From NCBI GenBank assembly GCA_963821595.1, contig CAWGEL010000019.1:25566-89565 (forward strand): DNA of 64,000 bases, written 5' to 3'. This DNA is from an uncultured Chloroflexia bacterium (GTDB lineage: Bacteria > Chloroflexota > Limnocylindria > Limnocylindrales > CSP1-4). The notes under the pieces are model-generated. The model did no database searches. It had not been told where the DNA came from and worked only from the letters and a program-made list of their open reading frames with translations. The position numbers and the translations under genes were made by a program. Below, in pieces: positions 55,140 to 64,000 of the stretch (position 1 is the first letter of the stretch; each line of letters starts with the position of its first letter).

Positions 55140-57038
55140 TCAGGGGGCGGCGGGAGTGGGGGTCGGCGGCGCCGGCGTGGGCGTGGCCTTCGGCGCGGGC
55201 GTGGCCTTCGGCGCCGCGGTCGTGGCCTTCCGGCCGATGAGGATCAGGCCGTTCACGCGCGCGTAGTTCGAGTAGTACGTCTCGCGATGGATGACCTTGC
55301 CGCTGGCGTCGGTGACGGTACGGGTGACCCAGACCTCCATGCCCGTGGTGGGGAACTCGGCCTGCTCCCGGGTGCCCGGCGGGAGGCTCGTGGTGTACTG
55401 GACGACGGTCGGGCCGGGCGTCCGGATGTTCTTGACGATCGGCTTGGTGAAGCTGGTGTGGCGGCCGGTGGGGATGCTGTAGAGCGTGAACCGGACCGTG
55501 CCGGGGACCGCGTACGAGCGGATCAGGATCGGGTACGGCGTGTCGTTGCGGAAGGACATCGTCTCGGCACCGGTGTCCGTCTTGAGGACGGTCGCATCAA
55601 GGCCGAGCGGGTAGCGGTTGATGTAGTAGAAGTGGGCGTGGCGGGAGAGGATCTGGAGGCCGGCTCGCGCGGCTGCGTTGAACATCGTCGTCGATGCCGA
55701 GCAGATGCCCCCACCCAGGGCCCCAGTGTGCTCGCTGTGGCCGTTGATGATGGCCCCGCCCATCTTGTAGCCCCTGGCGGTGCTGACCTCGCCGATCGCC
55801 TTCCAGAAGTCGAAGACGCCCCCGGGCGGGATGACCATGCCGTTGACGGCCCGGGCGGGGATGGTGATGTTGGCGCTGAAGCCGTTGGCGACGCCGACGG
55901 GGTAGTACGTGGTCCAGGACGAGATCGCCGTCATGAGCGGGGCGGCCTTCTGGGCCTGCTCCGTCGTGAGCTTGGGATTCGTGCTGGTGACGGCCATGGC
56001 GACGGCGGGCGAAGGCGACGGGGCGTCGGCGGCGGCCCGGGCCTCGACGGCCTGGGCGACGACGGCTGCCGTTGCGTTCACGTCCATCGCCCGGCCGGTC
56101 TTGCCCGCGGTGACCCCGACCACCTTGTTGTTCTTGCCGATGAGGAACAATGCCTCGACGGGCGCTCGCACCACCTTCTTGGCGAGCGCGGTGAGGGACG
56201 CGACCGGGGCACTCGGCGACACGACGGCGACGTACTGCCCGCCAGGCATCGACGCGAACGAGATCCACGTCCGAACCGTCGCGGCGGGGATCTTCCAGTT
56301 CTCCTTTCCCTCGGTCAGCACGACGTCGCCGACCATCCTCTGGGCCATGGCCACGGCATCGGCGGCATCGGCATCGGCGACGGCCGGCTGCGTCGTCGTG
56401 AGTCTGGCGGTCACCGTGACGGTGTCGGGGGCGGTCGCGTCGGCGAGCTGCGTCTCGATCTGCGTCGCGATGTCGGCCTCGTCCACCTCGAGCCCGGTGG
56501 CCGAGGCTGTCGTTGCGAACCCGGTGGCCGTGGCCGCGGCAGTGGCGTTCACGGGGGCCTTGGCCAGCGGGCCGACCGCCTTCGCGATTGCCGCGGTGAC
56601 CGCGGACGGGTCGAGCACGATGCGCGGCCCGAGGGCGGTCCCGCCGACCAGGGTGCGCACGCCTTCGGCAACGCCGGCGACGCCGTCGGTTGCCCGGCCG
56701 ATGGCCATGGCCTGGTCGACGAGTGCTGCGACGTCGGCCTTCCGCCCGAGGGCCGAGTACGGGATGGACACCGTCTGGCTGCCGGCCACGATCCTGACCG
56801 TGCCCTGGCCGTAGTGCGCGAGGGCCTCCGTCAGCCGGGCCTCGGCCGCGGCCGGATCCAGCCCGGCGAGATCGACGCCGTCGACGCTGACACCGGGGTA
56901 GATGCGATCCTGGTACCGGTCCTGGTAGGCGAAGATGGCACCCGCGCCCACTGCGCCGGTGAGGACGAAGCCGGCGATCGTGGCGAAGATCAACCGTCCG
57001 AACGGGAAGCGGCGTCGCGGAGCCGTGGGCATCGTCAT
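55140..57038 (-). CDS. VanW-family protein with peptidoglycan-binding repeats (YoaR-like)
   Basis: TM, IYPGVSVDGVDL, LGGGICSASTT.FNA, HFYYINRYPLGLDATV, FRNDT. Confidence 0.88.
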   Translation of the reverse strand: MTMPTAPRRRFPFGRLIFATIAGFVLTGAVGAGAIFAYQDRYQDRIYPGVSVDGVDLAGLDPAAAEARLTEALAHYGQGTVRIVAGSQTVSIPYSALGRKADVAALVDQAMAIGRATDGVAGVAEGVRTLVGGTALGPRIVLDPSAVTAAIAKAVGPLAKAPVNATAAATATGFATTASATGLEVDEADIATQIETQLADATAPDTVTVTARLTTTQPAVADADAADAVAMAQRMVGDVVLTEGKENWKIPAATVRTWISFASMPGGQYVAVVSPSAPVASLTALAKKVVRAPVEALFLIGKNNKVVGVTAGKTGRAMDVNATAAVVAQAVEARAAADAPSPSPAVAMAVTSTNPKLTTEQAQKAAPLMTAISSWTTYYPVGVANGFSANITIPARAVNGMVIPPGGVFDFWKAIGEVSTARGYKMGGAIINGHSEHTGALGGGICSASTTMFNAAARAGLQILSRHAHFYYINRYPLGLDATVLKTDTGAETMSFRNDTPYPILIRSYAVPGTVRFTLYSIPTGRHTSFTKPIVKNIRTPGPTVVQYTTSLPPGTREQAEFPTTGMEVWVTRTVTDASGKVIHRETYYSNYARVNGLILIGRKATTAAPKATPAPKATPTPAPPTPTPAAP

Positions 57039-57209
57039 CACCGGGAGCTGAGGGCGGATATCACCGGAGCCGGAATTTAGCAGGCCTGCGCAAGCATGCA
57101 CGCGCTCGCGGCTCGAGGCGCCTGGCGGTGGGTGTGACGGCCGGCACCACCACCGCGTGACGCGGCGGAGGCGCGTCCGGGCATCCGCGCATCGATCGGG
57201 CGCGGGCCG

Positions 57210-58272
57210 TCAGGCCCGCGGCACCAGCACGACTCGCCGGTTGGGCTCCTCGCCGATCGACTGCGTGCCCACGCCGGGATGGTCGCGCAGCGCCAGGTGG
57301 ATCCAGCGGCGCTCGAGCGCGGGCATCGGCTCCAGCTGGAGCATCTTCCCCGTCTCGGCGACGCGGGCGGCGGCCCGGGTGGCGATCTCGCGAAGCTGGC
57401 GCTCGCGACGACCGCGGTAGCCCTCGACGTCCACGAGGACGCGGGTCCACTCGCCCATCTCGCGCGACAGCATGAGGTTGACGAGGTGCTGGAGCGCGGA
57501 CAGTCGCTCGCCCTTGCGCCCGATCAGGGCGCCGAGCGCGTCATGCTCCTCGTCATTGCGGCCGACGACGTTGAGCCGGTTCGTCTCGCCGTGCTCGACG
57601 GCCACTTCCGCGTCAAAGCCCATGAGGTCCATGAGCCGTTCCAGGAGGGCCTTGCCGGCGGCGAGCGCCTCCGGGGACGCCTCGGCCGCCTGCAGCTCCT
57701 CGCGCTCGCGAGCGAGCGACCGGGCCGCCTGCACCATCTCCACCTCGGAGGACGAGACGGAGGTGCCGCCGACGGGCGCATGGGCGCGCCGGTCGTCGCG
57801 GCGCGGCCCCGGCTCCGCGGGTCGTCCGCCGCGTTCCGGGCGCCGCTCGGCCGGGCGTTCGGCGGTTCGCTCGACCTGGGCCGGGCGGTCCGTGGCAACA
57901 GGGGGCGGCCCTGCGGGCCTGGGCGCGCGAGCGGGGCGGCGCACCGGCGCGGTCGTCCCGGCGGGGCGGGCGGTCGTCCCGGCGGGGCGGGCGATCATCC
58001 CGGCGCGGGGGGCGATCGTCGCGCCATGCGCGCTCCTGGACCGGCTGGATCGGCACTGCCTCGGCGGCCTCTCGCTTGGGCGCCGCCCCGCCCAGGACGG
58101 AGCGTGGGGCGGCGAGGACGCGGGCAGGCTCGGCGCCCATGCCCAGCACGCCACGGCTGCCGGGGGTCAGGATCTCGAAGTCGAGGCCGTCCAGGCCGAC
58201 GCCGAACTCTTCCCGGGCCTGGCGGAGGGCTTCCTCGACGGACTTGCCGGTGAACTCGCGGTACTCACTCAT
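57210..58272 (-). CDS. jag: Jag/KhpB/EloR RNA-binding protein (frameshift near 57945)
   Basis: Jag_N (FTGKSVEEAL) in one frame; KH (LIGRKGERLSALQ) and R3H (ERRWIH) in another. Confidence 0.92.
57950..58024. repeat. 21-bp coding repeat (RDDRPPR)x~4 in the jag linker
   Basis: Seen in both the translation and the DNA. Confidence 0.8.
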
Positions 58273-58274
58273 GC

Positions 58275-59495
58275 TCAGCGTCTTCTCCCTCGGCGGCCTT
58301 GCCGCCCTCGTTCACGAGGCCGCACCGTGGCGGCCGCTGAGGCGGCCCGGTCGATCGGCTTGCGCTCGGTCGTGCGGGGCTGGGTCCGGGCCGACGGAGG
58401 CTGGCCGGCCGCGGATGGCGGTTGCGTCCGGAGCGGGCCGACGTCAACCGGGAAGCGGGGGGTGTGGTCGCGGGCGAATCCAGGTGACCAGCCGAAGAGC
58501 GGGAACAGCGATCCCCAACCCACGATCAGGTACTGCTGGACGATGCCGAAGATCGTCGTGACGATCCAGTAGATGAAGAGGCCGGCCGGCAGGAAGCCGC
58601 CGTAGACCAGCGAGATGAGCGGCAGGAACAGGACGAGCTGGCGCTGCATCTTCGAGTTCTGGTCGCTGTAGTCGCTGGTCGCGGGCGGCATCGTCATCCG
58701 GCTCTGGACCAGCTGGAGGACGGACGCGATGGCGGCCAGGATGCTGAACCAGCTGAGCAGCGGGATGTCCGGGAAGAGCACGGCCTTGGTGGACACGTCG
58801 AGGTGCCCCAGCCACGGCACCACCGTGTCGATGCAGGGCTTGTAGAGGTTGGCCACCTGCCCCGGGACGTCCACCCCGTTGACGCACGTGTAGTCGACCA
58901 GCTTGGTCCCGAAGAACGAGAACATCGCCGTCGGGTTCGGGTTCTGCAGCCCGTTGCTGATGACCGAGTAGATGATGAACAGGAGCGGCAGCTGCAGGAC
59001 CATCGGGAGACAGCCCGAGGCGGGATTGACGCCGCGCTCCTTGTACAGCTCCATCTGGGCCTGCGAGAACCGGGCGCGGTCGCCCTTGTAGCGCTTCTGC
59101 AGCTCCTTGAGCTCCGGCTGGAGCAGCTGCATCCGCCGGGTCGACACGATCTGCTTGCGGAAGAGGGGGATCAGGAGGGCCCGGATCAGGATGGTGGCGA
59201 TGACGATCGCCACCAGGATGTCGCCGGTGAGCTTGTCCAGCCAGACGAGACCGATGAACAGGAGCTGGAAGATGGGGTTGAACAGCCAGGCCAGGAGGCT
59301 GACCGGGTCGGCGCCCGGACTGGCCGGGACGAGCGGCGGGTGGGGCGCGGCCGTGGCGACGGCGCCCGAGCTGGCGGCCGGGCCGATCGGTGACGCCGAG
59401 CAGGCCGCCAGGAGCACGGCGACGCCCACGATCGCGAGGGCCGGGAGCACGCGCTCACGGGCGAACCGACGGTCGAACACGAGCGATGGCCTCAT
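58275..59495 (-). CDS. yidC: Membrane protein insertase YidC (lipoprotein-type signal)
   Basis: LLAAC lipobox, LQPELKELQKRYK, GCLPMVLQLP, PAGLFIYW, IVQQY. Confidence 0.95.
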   Translation of the reverse strand: MRPSLVFDRRFARERVLPALAIVGVAVLLAACSASPIGPAASSGAVATAAPHPPLVPASPGADPVSLLAWLFNPIFQLLFIGLVWLDKLTGDILVAIVIATILIRALLIPLFRKQIVSTRRMQLLQPELKELQKRYKGDRARFSQAQMELYKERGVNPASGCLPMVLQLPLLFIIYSVISNGLQNPNPTAMFSFFGTKLVDYTCVNGVDVPGQVANLYKPCIDTVVPWLGHLDVSTKAVLFPDIPLLSWFSILAAIASVLQLVQSRMTMPPATSDYSDQNSKMQRQLVLFLPLISLVYGGFLPAGLFIYWIVTTIFGIVQQYLIVGWGSLFPLFGWSPGFARDHTPRFPVDVGPLRTQPPSAAGQPPSARTQPRTTERKPIDRAASAAATVRPRERGRQGRRGRRR

Positions 59496-59702
59496 CTAGC
59501 GGACCGGGTCGTAGCCGCCCGGGTGCCACGGGTGGCAGCGGGAGATTCGCTTCGCGCCCATCCAGCTGCCCCGCAGGAGGCCGTACTTCTGGATTGCCTG
59601 CTCCGTGTAGTGGGAGCAGGTCGGGTAGTAGCGGCAGCTGGACGGAAGCCACGCGAAGACGGCGCGGTAGCATCGGATGAGCCCGATCCCGATCCGCTTC
59701 AC
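59496..59702 (-). CDS. yidD: Membrane protein insertion efficiency factor YidD
   Basis: [23 protein letters not shown]. Confidence 0.95.
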   Translation of the reverse strand: MKRIGIGLIRCYRAVFAWLPSSCRYYPTCSHYTEQAIQKYGLLRGSWMGAKRISRCHPWHPGGYDPVR

Positions 59703-60046
59703 GTGAGCGTCGATCCTCCCAGGGCTCCTCCCCGCCGGAGGACCCGCTCCAGCGCCTGGACGAGCGTGACATGGCCGGCGGTCACCAGTCCCGGCCGGGC
59801 GATGATGAGAACGTCCCAGCCCGGCTGGAACGAGGGCGCCATCACCCTGAGTGCCTCCCGGAGCCGGCGCCTGGCCCGGTTGCGGACCACCGCTCCCCCG
59901 AGAGCCCGGCTCGTCGCGATGCCGAACCGAGTCTCGATGAGGCCGTTCCGGCAGAACCGCGCGGCCAGGATCGGGTGGGACCGAGTGGTCCCGGACGCCT
60001 GGAGCGCCGCGAAGTCCGCCGGTCGGGTGAGCATCACGAGCCGCAC
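59699..60046 (-). CDS. rnpA: Ribonuclease P protein component
   Basis: [22 protein letters not shown] (RNR motif); start at 60046 or 60034. Confidence 0.92.
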   Translation of the reverse strand: MRLVMLTRPADFAALQASGTTRSHPILAARFCRNGLIETRFGIATSRALGGAVVRNRARRRLREALRVMAPSFQPGWDVLIIARPGLVTAGHVTLVQALERVLRRGGALGGSTLT

Positions 60047-60069
60047 GTGCGGACGGCCCGCCTCCGGAT

Positions 60070-60204
60070 TCAGACGGTCAGCCGCTTCCGCCCGCGCGCC
60101 CGGCGCGCTGCGAGCACACGGCGGCCCCCGGGGGTCTTCATCCGGGCGCGGAAGCCGTGCTCCTTGGCGCGATGCCGCTTCTTCGGCTGGTACGTCTGCT
60201 TCAT
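60070..60204 (-). CDS. rpmH: 50S ribosomal protein L34
   Basis: Below the ORF-track cutoff: [44 protein letters not shown]. Confidence 0.97.
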   Translation of the reverse strand: MKQTYQPKKRHRAKEHGFRARMKTPGGRRVLAARRARGRKRLTV

Positions 60205-60312
60205 CGAGTGTTGTGATCCTCAACCTTCCGGCCTCCGGGGTCTGGCATTCCTGCCCCAAGAGGCACGCAAACGCGCTGGCGCACGAAGGCGCAAGCGCGT
60301 CAACGCCTGAGG

Positions 60313-60342
60313 ATTATAGGAACCGGCGGAATCGAGTGTCAA
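60313..60342 (-). promoter_or_regulatory. Consensus sigma70 promoter for the rpmH operon
   Basis: TTGACA-N18-TATAAT on the minus strand. Confidence 0.8.
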
Positions 60343-60642
60343 ACGCACGCCCGGCAGGCGCACGCCCGGCCGGCCGTCGCGGGTGGCCCCCGGCTGTGCC
60401 GGGCAGACACAGGTGCGGCGCAGCACCAGTGCTCAGTGCGTGATCCCCCGGCCGCTGCGCAACCGCCCGCGGCCAGGAGGCGCGGTCGACCGGAACGTGG
60501 AGTCACGACAAATCGTGGGATCCGACGTGACCGGCACGCTCACGGCACCTGCCCTCGACCAGGATCCCTGGCAGCGCGCGATCGGCGGCGGCAACCCTGG
60601 CCGACGTCACCGAAACCGACGGGGATCCAACAAGTCGCGCCG

Positions 60643-61813
60643 CTAGATCGCTCCCCCGACGATCAGGCGGCGGAACCGGAGCGTGGCGATGGCCAGCATC
60701 CCCGCCGCGAAGCCGAGGAGCACGGCGACGTCCGGCACGACCTGCCCGATGCCGGGACCGTCGAGCAGGAGCTTGTGGAACGCGTCCATCGCCCAGGCGT
60801 GCGGCGTGATACGGGACAGCGTCCGCATGATGTCCGGGAAGACCTCCGGCGGCACCATCGTCCCGCCGAGCAGGCCGAAGATCATGCCCATCGCCGGGCC
60901 GATGGCCGAGACCTGGTTGTCGTTGGCGGCGAACGTGCCGACCAGCATTGCCGCGCCGGTGGAGACCAGGGCAAAGGCGACGATGATCGCGGCCGTCGCG
61001 GCAGGATCGACCCAGTCGACGCCGAAGAGGAGGGAGGACGCGGCGACGATGAAGACGCCCTGGAACAGCGCGAAGCCCAGGCGCCCCAGGGCCTCGCCGA
61101 GGATGATCGAGCCGGCGCTCGTCGGCGTGGCGAACTCCCGGCGGGAGATGCCGAGCCGCCGCGTCGAGACCAGGATGGAAGCGCCGGTGAGCGAGGTCAG
61201 GAACATGAACAGGATGACCTGGCTCTCGGCGCCCTGGGCATAGCCGTTGGGGTTCGACGACACCGCGTCCACGGACTCGACGGTGACGGTGACGCCGGCG
61301 ACGGCGGCCCTCTCGTTCCGGGCGAGCGGCGAGGGCCCGGTCGAACGACATGCCGGCCTCGCCAGCCGTGAAGCGCGCCGCGAAGACCAGGGCGTCCTGC
61401 GCGGCGACGGCCCGGCCTCGACGGCCGTGCGGACCGTGGAAGCGGTCGACGTGGCCTGGGCGACGTACTGCACGGTCGCGGAGGACCCGCCGCGGATGGC
61501 CGCGCCATAGCCATTCGGGATCAGGAGGCCGAATTCGACGTAGCCGCGCTCGACGGCATCCCGCAGGTCGGCCTCCGAGCCGTAGCGGCGGACTTCGAGG
61601 CGGATGTCGGTCGTGCCGATGCCGGACGACGAGGTCCGCGGACAGCGCGCTGCCGTCGAGGTCCGCCACGCCGATCCGGGCTGAGCCCATGCCGCCGTAC
61701 GTCATGCCGAGCACGACGATCAGGATCATGGGCAGGACGAGGATGAAGAACAGGCCCATGCGGTCGCGGAGCGTGCGCAGGATGCTGACCCGGGCGATGG
61801 CGAGCGCCTTCAT
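60643..61813 (-). CDS. ABC-2 exporter permease (frameshifted)
   Basis: LRDRMGLFF N-terminus; LGGTMVP, TPHAWA C-terminus in another frame. Confidence 0.82.
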
Positions 61814-62994
61814 GCCGGCACCAGCGAGCGGCGGGCGCGCGCGAGGCCGATGGCGCCGGTCACGGCGCCCATCGCGACCAGCACGAGCACGGACGGCAGG
61901 ATGTCGCCGAGGTTCGCGCCCGGGAGCGCGAGCGAGTCGATCGCGCGCAGGAACCAGGCGTGGGGCGTGACCAGGGCGATACGGGTCAGGATCTCGGGCG
62001 CCTGGCTGAGCGGGATGAAGACGCCGCCGACCGCCGCCATGCAGAGGGCCACGATCGCGTTGAGGCCGCCCGCCTGCTCCACGGTCCGGGCCAGCGTGGC
62101 GACGAGGGCGGAGATCCCCGTCGCCGCGATGACCGCGGCGCCGATGAGGAGCGCGACGAGTGGCGGCGGCCCCCAGGTCGCGTGCCCCACGAGCGTCGTG
62201 GCGAGCACGAGCACGGTCATCGCCAGGGCGCCGAGGGCGAGACCCGCGAGCGCCCCGCCGATGATCACGGACGACGGCCGGATGGGCGCGGCGAGGAGCC
62301 GGTTCAGCGTTCCGACATGGCGCTCGCCGAGGACTGCAAGGGCTCCGTACTGGGTCGCGAAGAAGACGAACATGATCGCCATCGCCGCGGCGTAGAACGT
62401 CGCCAGGGACGCCTGGCGCTTGCCCGCAGTGTCATCCGTGACCGCGATCGGGCCACCGGCTGCACGGCCGCCGGCGATCGCGGCGACCGTGGCCGCGTCG
62501 GCGGTGGGTGCCGCGCGCCGCGGCGACGCGTGGCGACCGTGAGCTGGACGGCGCCCACCTGGTCCGCGTAGCGGGTCACGGCGGCGCGGGCGATCTCGCC
62601 TGGCGATGGGGCTGGCGCCGCCGAGGATGGTGATCGTGGCGGGCCGCCCGGACTGCACGGCCGCGCGTGAAGCCGCCCGGGATCACGATGCCTGCGTCCG
62701 CGGTCCCGCCGTGATCTCGTCGCGGGCCGCCGCCTCGGTCGCGGGCTCGCGGATGTCGATGATCCCGTCGGCGACGAGGCCGCCGAGGACGTCCCGGGTC
62801 AGCGGCTGCGAGAGCGCACCGCGGTCGAGGTCGACGACCGCAAACGTCTCGTGGATGTTCTGGTTGAAGTCCGGGATGATCGCCGCGAAGGCGAGCGCAA
62901 GTCCGAGCGGCGTCAGGACCGCGAAGATGATCGCCGACCGGTCCCGCAGGCGCTGGCGGAGGATGCGGGCGGCGATGACGAGCGCGGTGCGCAT
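61810..62994 (-). CDS. ABC-2 exporter permease (frameshifted)
   Basis: RQRLRDRSAIIF N-terminus; ERHVGTLNRLLAAP, TPHAWF C-terminus. Confidence 0.82.
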
Positions 62995-63010
62995 CGAGGC
63001 GTCCTCCCTG

Positions 63011-64000
63011 TCAGTCCCGCAGCGCCGGCCCGTCAGGTGGAGGAAGACCGCCTCCAGATCGGGCTCGATGACCTCGACCGATCGGATCGATGCGCCGTGA
63101 TCGGCGATCGCCTCGAGGAGCCTCGGCAGCAGCTTGCGGGCCTCGACGACCAGGAGGTCGATGGCGCCGTCGCGCGGCGTTGCCTCCCGGACGCCCGGGA
63201 TCGCGCGGGCGGCCTCGGCCGCCGCCGCGAACGTCGCCCGGGCCGAGAGGGCGACGCGATCGAGGCCGCCGACGAGGGCGACCAGCTCGCGCCGGGTTCC
63301 CTCGGCGATGATCTTCCCCTCGTCGATGATGCCGACCCGGGTCGCAGAGCCGCTCGGCCTCCTCCATGTAGTGCGTCGTATAGAGGATGCCCATGCCCTG
63401 GTCGCTGAGCTGCTCGACGCTGGCCAGGATGGCGTTCCGGCTCTGCGGGTCGACACCGACGGTCGGCTCGTCGAGGACCAGCAGGCGGGGCCGGTGGAGC
63501 AGGCCCACGCCGATGTTGAGGCGGCGCTTCATCCCGCCGGAGAACTGCTCGGTCCGTTCCTTCGCCCGGTCCGCGAGGTCGACGACCGCGAGCACCTCGT
63601 CGACCCGACGGGCGAGCTCGCGGCCGCCCAGCCCGTACAGCCGCCCGAAGAACGTGAGGTTCTCGCGGGCGCTGAGGTCCGGGTAGATCGCGAGGTCCTG
63701 GGGCACGTAGCCGATCGCGCCCTTGAGCGCCGTTCGAGAGGGGTCCAGGGGCTGCCCGGCGAGCAGCACCTCGCCGGCGTCGCGGCCGAGGATCCCGCAG
63801 ACCATCGAGATCGTCGTCGTCTTCCCGGCGCCGTTCGGACCGAGCAGGCCGTAGGTCTCGCCCGGCGCGATCTCGAAGCCGACGCCGTCGACCGCCTGGC
63901 GCTCGCCGAAGCGCTTTCGCAGCCCCGAGCAGCGGAGGATGGGGGTGGTCGCCGCGACTGGCGGAGCGGTGAACGTGGAGACGGCGTCAGCGGCCGCCGT
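63011..64000 (-). CDS. ABC exporter ATP-binding protein (start outside the window; frameshifted)
   Basis: GPNGAGKTT, FSGGMKRR, LDEPTVGVDPQSR, TTHYMEEA, DLEAVFLHLTG. Confidence 0.92.
   Translation of the reverse strand, partial: TAAADAVSTFTAPPVAATTPILRCSGLRKRFGERQAVDGVGFEIAPGETYGLLGPNGAGKTTTISMVCGILGRDAGEVLLAGQPLDPSRTALKGAIGYVPQDLAIYPDLSARENLTFFGRLYGLGGRELARRVDEVLAVVDLADRAKERTEQFSGGMKRRLNIGVGLLHRPRLLVLDEPTVGVDPQSRNAILASVEQLSDQGMGILYTTHYMEEAERLCDPGRHHRRGEDHRRGNPARAGRPRRRPRSRRPLGPGDVRGGGRGRPRDPGRPGGNAARRRHRPPGRRGPQAAAEAPRGDRRSRRIDPIGRGHRARSGGGLPPPDGPALRD

Overview
Very GC-rich bacterial chromosome segment, mostly core genome near the replication/partition region. Gene order (rplU-rpmA-rpmE-DUF1385, mreD-mrdA-rodA, ftsEX-ctpA-smpB) suggests a Chloroflexota-like organism, but that is inference. 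Left arm (- strand): ribosomal proteins, an ABC exporter, a TIGR03936-like protein, rodA, mrdA, mreD. Centre (+ strand): two parS sites, a tightly coupled parA-parB-gyrB-thioesterase-ORF-gyrA-prs run, secA, a Cys-rich microprotein coupled to prfB (programmed +1 frameshift), ftsEX, an S41 protease, smpB and tmRNA, with an orphan DNA methyltransferase/acetyltransferase block between smpB and ssrA. Right arm: accessory genes, an extended kdp K+ uptake locus with split kdpD, a VanW-family protein, jag-yidC-yidD-rnpA-rpmH (no adjacent dnaA) and an ABC exporter. No CRISPR, integrase or transposase is visible. The most unusual signals are (1) a self-contained ~140-nt transcription unit between ctpA and smpB with a 12-nt perfect Shine-Dalgarno folded into a hairpin over a 16-codon ORF, (2) an 8-Cys double CxxxCxxC microprotein coupled to prfB, and (3) extra genes and a candidate KdpE box in the kdp operon. 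Many single-base frameshifts after ~38 kb are probably sequencing errors. All calls were made by eye; no searches were run.
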